In this document: piece after piece, positions 9,363 to 16,894 of the stretch
Layout of the letters: each line of letters opens with the position of its first letter
How positions within the stretch are numbered: the stretch's first letter is position 1
Virus record (IMG/VR): IMGVR_UViG_3300038520_000874
Span: 1-31,348 of that record
Source of the DNA: a virus
Taxonomy: Duplodnaviria > Caudoviricetes
Reading direction: 5' to 3' (one strand)
Length of the DNA: 31,348 bases
Notes under the pieces: model-generated
Seen by the model: the letters and a program-made list of their open reading frames with translations, nothing else
What the model was told of the DNA's origin: nothing
Databases searched by the model: none
Program-made: the position numbers and the translations under genes

Positions 9363-9474
9363 TACCCTTGTTTTCCTCTAATTGTTTTTCGTATAGTGCG
9401 CAGTCGTTACATTGAAACACGCATCGTGAGTAACTAAAATCATCATCAATACATACAAAATCATTTGCTGCCAT
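9346..9474 (-). CDS. Small Cys-rich protein (42 aa, MAANDFVC...RCVFQCNDC...)
   Basis: Manual translation; four Cys; fills the intergenic gap. Confidence 0.55.
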   Translation of the reverse strand: MAANDFVCIDDDFSYSRCVFQCNDCALYEKQLEENKGTQNPK

Positions 9475-9565
9475 CGTTATATCCTTTAAGGTATCCTATA
9501 AACCAAAAGAAAGCACAGAGTACTATTGTTGTTAAGAACCCACTAAAGTCCATATATAGTATCAT
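9461..9565 (-). CDS. Small membrane peptide (34 aa, MILYMDFSGFLTTIVLCAFFWFIGYLKGY...)
   Basis: TAATG overlap with the MTase stop; one hydrophobic helix. Confidence 0.55.
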   Translation of the reverse strand: MILYMDFSGFLTTIVLCAFFWFIGYLKGYNDGSK

Positions 9566-10188
9566 TAGAATAGTCTTTGTTGTTGTTTATGTTGTTCTAT
9601 TCGTTTCATGGCAGCTTCGTAATATTCTTTGTCGAGTTCGCACCCTGTAATCTCATATCCTAAATTATGACACGCTATTGCTATTGATCCACTACCTAAA
9701 TGAGTATCGAGTATCTTGTCATTTTCTTTTGCGTAATTCTCTAACAACCATTGATAAAGTCGTATAGGTTTTTCAGTAGGATGTATTGTATTTTGTTTTA
9801 ATAAATCAACTCTGTTTATATTTACTACTCTTGTCGCACAATTAAAACTACTATAAGCAAGTTCGCAATCGCTCATAGTAAGCCCTGTTTGACCTTTAAA
9901 CCAAACTACCCACCCTTTAGTTCCTTTTGTTAAGTGTTTAACAAAGTAATTAGCACCCCAAATGATTTGATTTTTTGACACTCTTTCTAATTCATTAAAA
10001 TACTTTTTATCAGGTATTTTATTATCCCATTGTTTCTGCTTGTGATATTTTCTGTCAGATTGCTTACCTTTTTTATTTTCTTTTTGACCATCAATACCTA
10101 AACCATAAGGTGGATCAACAATAGCAAGGTCGAAGTAGTTATCCTCATACCTTGCCATTAAATCCATGCAATCCTCGTTAGTTATCAT
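9565..10188 (-). CDS. DNA N6-adenine (N6/N4 family, beta class) methyltransferase
   Basis: DPPY catalytic motif, HPTEKP, and SAM-binding LDTHLGSGS after the catalytic motif. Confidence 0.9.
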   Translation of the reverse strand: MITNEDCMDLMARYEDNYFDLAIVDPPYGLGIDGQKENKKGKQSDRKYHKQKQWDNKIPDKKYFNELERVSKNQIIWGANYFVKHLTKGTKGWVVWFKGQTGLTMSDCELAYSSFNCATRVVNINRVDLLKQNTIHPTEKPIRLYQWLLENYAKENDKILDTHLGSGSIAIACHNLGYEITGCELDKEYYEAAMKRIEQHKQQQRLF

Positions 10189-10592
10189 CCTATAAGGTCT
10201 TTTGTAAATAGTTCATTTACTAAGTCGTGTGCTTTATCTAAGCTATCGTCAGACAAGTATTTTATCTTGTGTTCTATTGAGTTTATTTTTTCGTATTTGG
10301 TCGATAGCTCGTATTGCTTTATCATCTCGTCAAAGTATTCATTGAGCTTTGGGTTGTATCTTCTGTACATATTAAAGTTTTTCAATGAGTGCAATACTGT
10401 CGCATGATCCATAGGTTTACCTGTGTTTCTGTAAAAATCTCGTATCTGAGCTAAGGTCATGTTTTTAAAGTCATATAGTATCTTGTTAAGCAAAGACCTA
10501 ACCTCTACTACTTTAGATGATCTGCTATTTTCAAATACGTTTACGTCTGATAGCTTATTTATTCTTTTTGCTATTTTTAGTGCTTCTGTCAT
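10185..10592 (-). CDS. DnaA C-terminal-like HTH DNA-binding protein
   Basis: DHATVLHS signature of DnaA domain IV. Start placed at the ATGA overlap at 10592. Confidence 0.7.
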   Translation of the reverse strand: MTEALKIAKRINKLSDVNVFENSRSSKVVEVRSLLNKILYDFKNMTLAQIRDFYRNTGKPMDHATVLHSLKNFNMYRRYNPKLNEYFDEMIKQYELSTKYEKINSIEHKIKYLSDDSLDKAHDLVNELFTKDLIG

Positions 10593-11362
10593 AATGTTCC
10601 TGTTAAACAATAATTATCTAAGTCTGCGCCATGTATAAAAAAGGTTTCAAAAACTTCTATGGCTTCGTGTGTTTTTCTTTTACCCTCATTGTAAAACTCT
10701 TCTGATACATCGTATATTGCTATGTCAAGAGTTCCCTTATCTATTACACCGAATTTAAACTTGCTATAAGGCACATTGAACAATGAGCAGTAGATGTAGA
10801 TCTGTATATCATATCCATACTTACGAGCTGAGTAAGGGAATCCCTTTATGTCAGTTGTGGTCTTTAGGTCAACTATCTTGTTTTTACCTAACACATCTGC
10901 TTTTGCTCTAAAGGGATAACCACCTATCATACCACAGGCAGGTACTTCAAACTCGCTATTGTCTAAGAGTCTTAATGCCTGTTCGTTTCTTAGGAACGCA
11001 TCAGCTAATCGCTCTGCATCTCGTTTCTCTTTTATCGTGAATACTTTACCATGCTCTGATAGTGTTTCCTTATACTTCTTGGTGTTCTTGCTTTGCACAT
11101 CCACAAATATCTGATCGTTAAATACATCAGGTTCTAAGATTGCAGTATGAAACAACCACCCATCACGCAGGGCTTGACTATCAGGCGAACCATAGTCTGT
11201 AACAAACTTATACTTCTTTGGGCTTTGGTATAGCATCTTGATTGATGATGAGCTTAGTGCTGCCTTAGCCATATACCCATAGTAAAACTCATCTTCCTTT
11301 AATAAATCTATGAGGGTATCTTTCTTAAAGCGTTCCCCATTTAGTAGTGTTATATCGCTCAT
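10589..11362 (-). CDS. RecE / exonuclease VIII-like PD-(D/E)XK nuclease (DUF3799-like)
   Basis: LSSSSIK, G..FHTAILEP, KAD...IVDLKTT and YDIQ..Y motifs. Confidence 0.85.
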   Translation of the reverse strand: MSDITLLNGERFKKDTLIDLLKEDEFYYGYMAKAALSSSSIKMLYQSPKKYKFVTDYGSPDSQALRDGWLFHTAILEPDVFNDQIFVDVQSKNTKKYKETLSEHGKVFTIKEKRDAERLADAFLRNEQALRLLDNSEFEVPACGMIGGYPFRAKADVLGKNKIVDLKTTTDIKGFPYSARKYGYDIQIYIYCSLFNVPYSKFKFGVIDKGTLDIAIYDVSEEFYNEGKRKTHEAIEVFETFFIHGADLDNYCLTGTL

Positions 11363-11484
11363 CTTTGATCTGCTTCAAAGCAAGTTCCACTACAATACTC
11401 TGCTAACCTACCTACTTCTGTGCCACACATAGGGCATGAGTACTCAGGTTCTTCATTATACTTTAGCCAATCGCTATATTCCAT
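11359..11484 (-). CDS. Small zinc-finger protein (41 aa; CPMC...YCSGTC)
   Basis: Manual translation; ATGA overlap with the exonuclease start. Confidence 0.7.
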   Translation of the reverse strand: MEYSDWLKYNEEPEYSCPMCGTEVGRLAEYCSGTCFEADQR

Positions 11485-11722
11485 ATTTATTCTCTTTTAA
11501 ATTCTCTAACTCTTTCTCTGCTCGTCTTGCTCGTTCTACAAGTCTTTGAACAGATTGACGTTCATCTCGTAAAATACGCTTGAAACTGTATCTCTCTAAT
11601 TCTAATTGATTGATATAGAACACGAGTCGTACAGTTGCTTCTGATATCTTTTGTAGTTCCTCATTGTCTGATTTCTCCTGCCACTTGCTGATTGTTTCTA
11701 AAATCTCAGCAGAGTCAATCAT
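11474..11722 (-). CDS. Hypothetical coiled-coil protein
   Basis: ORF track entry; start re-called at MIDSAE (ATGA overlap at 11722). Confidence 0.6.
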   Translation of the reverse strand: MIDSAEILETISKWQEKSDNEELQKISEATVRLVFYINQLELERYSFKRILRDERQSVQRLVERARRAEKELENLKENKYGI

Positions 11723-11799
11723 ATATTGTAACTGACCCAAATGCATATCAAACAAATTATTAGTCCTATAAGTCCTAACTGTGCAAAGTCTATTTTCAT
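11719..11799 (-). CDS. Small membrane peptide (26 aa, MKIDFAQLGLIGLIICLICIWVSYNI)
   Basis: ATGA overlaps on both sides; single TM helix. Confidence 0.55.
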   Translation of the reverse strand: MKIDFAQLGLIGLIICLICIWVSYNI

Positions 11800-11936
11800 A
11801 ATCCTAAAAACTTTTTGGCTTTAGCCCACCACACATTCTGCGTGTAGTATAAGTTAAACTCCGTTTGTGTCATTACTTCTATCCTATCGCCTTTATTGAC
11901 GATGTATAATCCTGTGGGTGTTATTTTAAAAACCAT
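11796..11936 (-). CDS. Small hypothetical protein (46 aa, MVFKITPTG...)
   Basis: ORF track entry with the start re-called to ATG 11936. Confidence 0.6.
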   Translation of the reverse strand: MVFKITPTGLYIVNKGDRIEVMTQTEFNLYYTQNVWWAKAKKFLGL

Positions 11937-12055
11937 GCTCTTAGTATATAAGTTAATAATATGATGTCTAAAATAGCAATCCAAAAGCATAGAGCCATCA
12001 ATGCTATATACATTGTACCCTCTATGTTATTAATGTAATTAATTAATTTTCTCAT
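11921..12055 (-). CDS. Small hydrophobic early protein (44 aa, MRKLINYINN...IALMALCFWIAILDIILLTYILRAWFLK)
   Basis: First ORF after the host-type promoter at 12076; one TM helix. Confidence 0.65.
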   Translation of the reverse strand: MRKLINYINNIEGTMYIALMALCFWIAILDIILLTYILRAWFLK

Positions 12056-12075
12056 ATAATCGTTTTAATGTTATA

Positions 12076-12106
12076 CAAATATAATTAAAAAATGTTAATA
12101 AGCAAA
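12076..12106 (-). promoter_or_regulatory. Bacteroidota housekeeping-type (early) promoter
   Basis: TTTG-N19-TATATTTG, matching the -33/-7 consensus. Confidence 0.75.
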
Positions 12107-12108
12107 TT

Positions 12109-12249
12109 TTACTTTTTTCTGTACTGAACAGCACACACAGCAAGTCTTTGATCTGTGTTAGGATACTCTTTAATCATTGTAGGATTACCCATACAACGAG
12201 CCATAAAGTCCTTTCTGTCCTCTCGTGGTTTTGGTGTTGGTAATGGCAT
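12109..12249 (-). CDS. Small phage protein (46 aa, MPLPTPKPREDRKDFMARCM...DQRLAVC)
   Basis: Manual translation; resembles a recurrent small phage domain (P.P...F..RCM...QR.AVC), recalled rather than searched. Confidence 0.7.
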   Translation of the reverse strand: MPLPTPKPREDRKDFMARCMGNPTMIKEYPNTDQRLAVCAVQYRKK

Positions 12250-12251
12250 AA

Positions 12252-12914
12252 TTAACTATTTAAAATTTCTATACATAATTCGTGTGGTATCTTACTTCTT
12301 TCGTAATTGTTTCTTAGCCCCTGAGTTCCTTTACCTAAAGCACCTGCTGCTTTTTTAGCTGCGTATCCTCTTGGTTGTTTATCGTGATGACATTTTTCAT
12401 TACCATTAAAACATTCAGGTCTTGGATTCCATCCATTAGAGTTAAGTAAGCTGTAAAGGTTGTTAGTCCAAATGTCAGTCGGCTTTGCTCGTGTATCGCC
12501 ATACTTACAATACCATACTGTGGTGCGTGGCAAACCCATCATAAACTTTTGTTTTCTTAATAGTCCTCTTGGGTTTTCTATGTAAAAAACCAAGCGTGGA
12601 TTTATATTGCAAAAGTGTTCTATTATAGATAAAGTTTCTTTTACCATATTATCACTCTTTATTGCAAAATCAGATAATGGTTTATTGTGTGGTCTGTGAT
12701 GAGATATAGCCGCTATACTATAAGTTGTACAGGGTGGCGATGCCCATATAATATCAGGTGTGAATGGCACTTTGTTTATATCAAACTCTAATATATCTAC
12801 TGCATAGTCTATACCCTCAAACTCGTTTATATCACTACTAAACACATTGTAGCTCAAAGATTCTGCTGCTTTGCCTACTGATCTGCTACCTGCAAACAAC
12901 TCTAATACATTCAT
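12252..12914 (-). CDS. C5-cytosine DNA methyltransferase (short phage type)
   Basis: Motif I ELFAGS, motif IV ASPPC and motif VI IENP. Confidence 0.85.
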   Translation of the reverse strand: MNVLELFAGSRSVGKAAESLSYNVFSSDINEFEGIDYAVDILEFDINKVPFTPDIIWASPPCTTYSIAAISHHRPHNKPLSDFAIKSDNMVKETLSIIEHFCNINPRLVFYIENPRGLLRKQKFMMGLPRTTVWYCKYGDTRAKPTDIWTNNLYSLLNSNGWNPRPECFNGNEKCHHDKQPRGYAAKKAAGALGKGTQGLRNNYERSKIPHELCIEILNS

Positions 12915-13555
12915 ATATTAAGATGCATTATTGTATTAATCTTGTTTATCGTTTCCTGCTTATCTACTATACCATTGTTATCGTAGTAAACATAAACGTA
13001 GGGGGCAAACATACGAGCATAGTTCTCGTTTTTTTCTTTGTGGTTTTCTTTTGCTTTGTTTTGGTAAGTTGTGTTCATCATCTTATATGAGATAGGTTTT
13101 ATCTGTATCCCTAAGACAATGTAGTCATCTTTTATGATTTCTGCATCTATGCAATAGGTATGGTCTTTCTCAAAGTCTGTTTTGACTATATCTATATTGG
13201 TAAATTGTTCTTTTAGTTCGTCTATGATGCTAAGCTCTTGTTGATATCCGTTCCAAGTCTGTCCTATTACACGATAAAAAACATACTGCTTTACATCTTC
13301 AAGAGATATCCATTGGTTTTTTAGGTGTATGCGTTGACTCACATAGGATAGTTGTTTGTATCCTACTGAGCATTTATACGAGTACTCCCAATCCTTATGC
13401 GTTTTACTTTCGTGGTATTTGTGGAAGTCGCTTATTAGCTTCATACACTTACCTACATACTTTGTCTGAAAAAAGTGATTGACACTCTTGTCTTTGTTTA
13501 GCTTACGATATAAGGCATCGTCTAAAGGTTGTTTATACTTGTATGCCTTTGTCAT
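12911..13555 (-). CDS. MjaI-like PD-(D/E)XK restriction endonuclease-fold protein
   Basis: VIGQTWNG...E...D..YCID...LGIQIKPISY resembles the RE_MjaI-type catalytic pattern (from recall; needs an HMM search). Confidence 0.55.
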   Translation of the reverse strand: MTKAYKYKQPLDDALYRKLNKDKSVNHFFQTKYVGKCMKLISDFHKYHESKTHKDWEYSYKCSVGYKQLSYVSQRIHLKNQWISLEDVKQYVFYRVIGQTWNGYQQELSIIDELKEQFTNIDIVKTDFEKDHTYCIDAEIIKDDYIVLGIQIKPISYKMMNTTYQNKAKENHKEKNENYARMFAPYVYVYYDNNGIVDKQETINKINTIMHLNI

Positions 13556-13766
13556 ATAAAGTGTTTAGTTCGCTAATGTATTTTTGGATTACCCTTCTTG
13601 CTCTGTCATTAGGACATCCACAGGGTTTGGGTATATCAAGTTTGTGATCAAAGTATTTAGCGTGTAGCTTTGCAATCATCTCAATCTCGTGCTTATTAAC
13701 CACACCTCTAAGATTGCCTTTAAACTCAGTCCACTTGTCGTAGTCTTGTTTATTCAGATTTTTCAT
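13533..13766 (-). CDS. Hypothetical protein with PCGC motif
   Basis: ORF track entry; overlaps its neighbours. Confidence 0.6.
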   Translation of the reverse strand: MKNLNKQDYDKWTEFKGNLRGVVNKHEIEMIAKLHAKYFDHKLDIPKPCGCPNDRARRVIQKYISELNTLYDKGIQV

Positions 13767-13896
13767 TCCGATTTATTTTGATAGCGTTCCAAGATTCTCT
13801 ACGTCTATCGCACCCACAGTCAGGGTATATCTTCTTATATATATAGCGAATCCCTGTGTATTTTGTAAAATAATATACTAAATCTCCTAATCCCAT
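13750..13896 (-). CDS. Small protein (48 aa, MGLGDLVYYFTKYTGI...DCGCDRRRE)
   Basis: Manual translation; GLGD...TGI...DCGC..R pattern; fills the gap. Confidence 0.7.
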   Translation of the reverse strand: MGLGDLVYYFTKYTGIRYIYKKIYPDCGCDRRRESWNAIKINRNEKSE

Positions 13897-14375
13897 ATCT
13901 TGTTTCTTTTTGTTGAATTGTCATCTCGCCACAATGGCTGAATGTTTGTATAGTGAAATAATTTAATTACTTCATCTATTGTCTTAGCAGTATCTAAAGG
14001 AATAATGTGGTCAAATTGCCAATTATCTTTTCCACTACCATAATTTTCTAAAGTCATTCCATCTTGAAATTTACTAACTATATAACGCTCAAATTGCTCA
14101 CGACTATTTACTTTTAAAACTTTCATAATTCTATTGTCAGTCCATTTATTTCTACGCCAACCCTGTGTAAGATGCGCCCTTAAAATTTGCTTCTCTCTAT
14201 ATACAGGGTCATTATGCCATTTATGCTTTCTTGTCTTATTTTGTTTTATCATATATTGAGGATTGTTTTTAATATCCTCTCGTTTACATTTTTTGCAAAA
14301 AGTATAATCTTTACTATATTCTGTAAATGGCTTTAAGACGTTACATCTGCTACAAGTTTTTGCATCTAATCCCAT
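13887..14375 (-). CDS. HNH (homing-type) endonuclease with N-terminal Zn finger
   Basis: CSRC...CKKC; WQFDHIIPL...HYTNIQPLW..DN..K. Confidence 0.8.
   Translation of the reverse strand: MGLDAKTCSRCNVLKPFTEYSKDYTFCKKCKREDIKNNPQYMIKQNKTRKHKWHNDPVYREKQILRAHLTQGWRRNKWTDNRIMKVLKVNSREQFERYIVSKFQDGMTLENYGSGKDNWQFDHIIPLDTAKTIDEVIKLFHYTNIQPLWRDDNSTKRNKIWD
13887..14375. repeat. 10-bp direct repeat ctaatcccat at 13887-13896 and 14366-14375
   Basis: Exact copies form the first and last 10 nt of the HNH gene. Confidence 0.85.
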
Positions 14376-14863
14376 TCTATATTGTTTTTGATTAGTTGTT
14401 TAACATTCTTGTAGGTATTGTATAGAGAATAATAAGATATGTTTGTTTTTCTTGCTAACTCTGCAATAGGCATACCATCGCTTACAATCTCAAACACAGT
14501 CCTATCATACCAAAAGGTTTTGTCAAGCAGGTTGTCCATTTGCTTCATAGCACCACAGATATCTACTTGTTTTGCTTCCCCTTGATCGTCTATAAACTCA
14601 GACAGAATGTCTATGTTAGTTTTTATGATTTTTTTTTCCTTTCTGTGCAAGTCAATAAATAAACCCCTGAGCTGTTTGTAAATGTAGTAGTAGTTTATAT
14701 CATCATTGTAAGATATGTCTATGCCCTTCTCGATATACTTGTGCATCATAAGATACATCTCCTGCACAATATCTTCTGCTACTGATTCCTTGCATCCAAA
14801 CGATAACACGATCCTATGCCAATCCTCGTGCTTCTCTGCAATCTTCTCTAAAGTGGTTTTCAA
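14366..14863 (-). CDS. ECF-like sigma-70 family RNA polymerase sigma factor
   Basis: 165 aa; region-2 AEDIVQE motif; C-terminal HTH (MPIAELARKTNISYYSL). Confidence 0.75.
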   Translation of the reverse strand: MKTTLEKIAEKHEDWHRIVLSFGCKESVAEDIVQEMYLMMHKYIEKGIDISYNDDINYYYIYKQLRGLFIDLHRKEKKIIKTNIDILSEFIDDQGEAKQVDICGAMKQMDNLLDKTFWYDRTVFEIVSDGMPIAELARKTNISYYSLYNTYKNVKQLIKNNIEWD

Positions 14864-15768
14864 AATGGTAAATCTGTTTGTTCTTTGGTATTGTAAGTTA
14901 CTAAATTTTTTCCATCTATTTCAAACCCTACATTGTTTAAGATACTTCTAAACTTAACAGGGTCATCTATTGGTGTGGGTTTGTACCCTAATTCTTGGTT
15001 TTTTACCTTCGCTGAATATAGATTTGAGTATATCCAATCCGTTTCATGGTAGATGTATCTATGTATCACAAGAAAATCATCAGCTCTGTTAATAGATTGT
15101 CCACCGAGTTCACTATCAGAAGCCATAGGTGGTATCGGATGACCTGAGTAGTAATGACCTTGTGGGTGTCGTTTTCTTAGAGCTTCGGTTACCGCATGAA
15201 CACATATCCAAGTTGTAATGTTATGTTGTTTGCAGAATATGCGTATATCAGTTAGACTTTCATATCCATACTCATAGCTATTAGAGTTCTTAGGAATGTC
15301 TTTTTTTAAACTATTAAGTGGATCAATTAAGAACCCTTGATAATCCCATGCCTTCTTTACAGCAGTTGCAAGTTCTAAAAGGTCTTTATATGTGTACGAC
15401 TTCTCGGTATCTACAAACTTAAAATGATCAAATACCCATTCGTATTGCTTTTGAAAGTCCTCTGTTTCTATTTGATTAATTGGTTTCCCCTCTGCAAACT
15501 CTATAATCTTACGGATGAGCGCATAGGGTTCGTTCTCACTACTAAACACAAGCCAACGGACATTGTGCTTAAGTGAGTACAAAAACATTAAGTAAAATAC
15601 TAAGTGTGTTTTCCCTGTATTGGCGTGTCCCAACACAAAATTCATATTACCATATACGAGCCTAAAGTGATTGTCTAATCTATCAACCCCTAAGCGTAAA
15701 CCCTCGTTTACTTTTCCTGCTCGTATATCATTAAGTTTCTTGAGGTGTTTGTCAAAGTTTATTAGCAT
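14860..15768 (-). CDS. DnaB-like (SF4) helicase
   Basis: Walker A GHANTGKT, SSEN, Walker B LIDP, and CVH and RAD motifs. Confidence 0.85.
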   Translation of the reverse strand: MLINFDKHLKKLNDIRAGKVNEGLRLGVDRLDNHFRLVYGNMNFVLGHANTGKTHLVFYLMFLYSLKHNVRWLVFSSENEPYALIRKIIEFAEGKPINQIETEDFQKQYEWVFDHFKFVDTEKSYTYKDLLELATAVKKAWDYQGFLIDPLNSLKKDIPKNSNSYEYGYESLTDIRIFCKQHNITTWICVHAVTEALRKRHPQGHYYSGHPIPPMASDSELGGQSINRADDFLVIHRYIYHETDWIYSNLYSAKVKNQELGYKPTPIDDPVKFRSILNNVGFEIDGKNLVTYNTKEQTDLPF

Positions 15769-15772
15769 TTGG

Positions 15773-15780
15773 TAAAGTTA
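15773..15780 (-). promoter_or_regulatory. Possible -7 element (TAACTTTA) 4 nt before the helicase ATG
   Basis: TAnnTTT(G/A)-like sequence immediately after a terminator. Confidence 0.4.
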
Positions 15781-15783
15781 TAT

Positions 15784-15808
15784 AAAAAAAGGGGGTGGTT
15801 AGCCCCCT
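15784..15808 (-). terminator. Rho-independent terminator
   Basis: AGGGGG-loop-CCCCCT followed by a U-run, after the SSB gene. Confidence 0.8.
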
Positions 15809-15813
15809 ATTTG

Positions 15814-16140
15814 TTAAAATGGTAAATCTGCTCTGTCAGGTGCGTGTTCTTTGGCTTCGACACCCTCTGCTTGTTTGTGGATTTTCCATGCTTGGATTGT
15901 GTTAAACACTTTTACATCGCCTTGTGGATTAGTCCACTCACGACCTCTAAGGTTATACTGAACCTCTACATGATCGCCTTCGTTGTAAGAGTCTAAAGTT
16001 GTGCATTTATCGTTTGAAAATATCACGCTTAATATCTGAGGATATTGCTCTTTAGTGTTTAATACAAGTTCTCTAAATTGATAATTACCTTTTGTAGTAG
16101 TTTGACCTACTCTCTTTACTGTCCCAATAATACTACCCAT
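15814..16140 (-). CDS. Single-stranded DNA-binding protein (DUF3127-like)
   Basis: EQYPQ...NLRGREW...FNTIQAWKI and a C-terminal DLPF tip. Confidence 0.85.
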   Translation of the reverse strand: MGSIIGTVKRVGQTTTKGNYQFRELVLNTKEQYPQILSVIFSNDKCTTLDSYNEGDHVEVQYNLRGREWTNPQGDVKVFNTIQAWKIHKQAEGVEAKEHAPDRADLPF

Positions 16141-16495
16141 TATTCACAAAGTTTATTAATAGTTGCGCATCGTGTATAACTGTTTCTATATCTGCGTTCG
16201 GTCTTGATGCGTGAAAGTCCGCAGCAGCTTTTACCATACTTTGACGAACAATAATCTGTTCTCTGTTTGCAGTCGGTGCTGCTTGTATGGGTTTGTTGTA
16301 TATGAGCTTCGCTGTGTTGTATTGCTCATTCGTAATTTCAAAGTCGATGGTTTCGCCCACCTGCTTTTTAAATTCGCCTTTGGCTAAAAACTGATAGTTG
16401 TTACCATTTGCGAGATACACCTGATACTTATTGAAAGTACCTGATGCGTTTGTATAAGTACCCTTCGGTTCTATTTGAGTTATCTTACTCTGCAT
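16133..16495 (-). CDS. Hypothetical protein, possible ssDNA-binding/annealing function
   Basis: OB-like N-terminus plus IVRQS..KAA helical C-terminus; next to SSB. Confidence 0.5.
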   Translation of the reverse strand: MQSKITQIEPKGTYTNASGTFNKYQVYLANGNNYQFLAKGEFKKQVGETIDFEITNEQYNTAKLIYNKPIQAAPTANREQIIVRQSMVKAAADFHASRPNADIETVIHDAQLLINFVNNG

Positions 16496-16595
16496 AATAT
16501 AATTCTAATTGTTGTTCTAAAATTTCTATATGAGCTTCTAATTCTAATATTCTATTGCTCATACTTTCTATCCTTGCCCTATCAAAGTCCTTCAT
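16485..16595 (-). CDS. Small coiled-coil protein (36 aa, MKDFDRARIESMSNRILELE...)
   Basis: Manual translation; bridges its neighbours. Confidence 0.55.
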   Translation of the reverse strand: MKDFDRARIESMSNRILELEAHIEILEQQLELYYAE

Positions 16596-16770
16596 GAGTT
16601 CCACTATATAATCCATATCGCTTATCTTCTTCTATCTTAAACATATCAAGTACATCGTACAAGCTATTAAGGTTTTGAGTGGACATCATCGCGTCATCTT
16701 TGTTCGCGAGTGTGTAAGTAACAGCATACAATATAGCATTCTGTTCTTTTGTATTTAAATTAAATTTCAT
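16582..16770 (-). CDS. Early hypothetical protein (62 aa, MKFNLNTKEQ...)
   Basis: Start re-called to ATG 16770, downstream of the promoter; the track's longer start crosses a terminator. Confidence 0.65.
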   Translation of the reverse strand: MKFNLNTKEQNAILYAVTYTLANKDDAMMSTQNLNSLYDVLDMFKIEEDKRYGLYSGTHEGL

Positions 16771-16792
16771 GTTAAAAGTTTTAATGTTTGTG

Positions 16793-16823
16793 TAAATATA
16801 TAAACTTTTTTTAATAAAACAAA
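16793..16823 (-). promoter_or_regulatory. Host-type early promoter (TTTG...TATATTTA)
   Basis: Near-consensus -33/-7 elements upstream of 16770. Confidence 0.55.
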
Positions 16824-16886
16824 AGGGGGGCAAAGAACCCCCCAAAAGCATAACATTAAAACGTACCCTAAAAGAATAGGATAGTG
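16816..16886 (-). ncRNA. Candidate trans-acting small RNA (~70 nt)
   Basis: Promoter TACCTTTG at 16887-16894; 5' hairpin UAUCCUA/UAGGGUA; single-stranded CGUUUUAAUGUUAU; terminator GGGGGGU-UCUUU-GCCCCCC-UUUUGUUUU. Confidence 0.6.
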
Positions 16887-16894
16887 CAAAGGTA

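Noticed and set aside
16771-16851. N-terminal extension of ORF 16582..16851
   Set aside because: It runs through a terminator and a promoter; ATG 16770 is the better start.
16778-16862. 11-bp inverted repeat flanking a promoter, read as an invertible phase-variation switch
   Set aside because: No recombinase is encoded, and the longer 14-nt match is to a distant leader (12061-12074), which fits an antisense RNA better.
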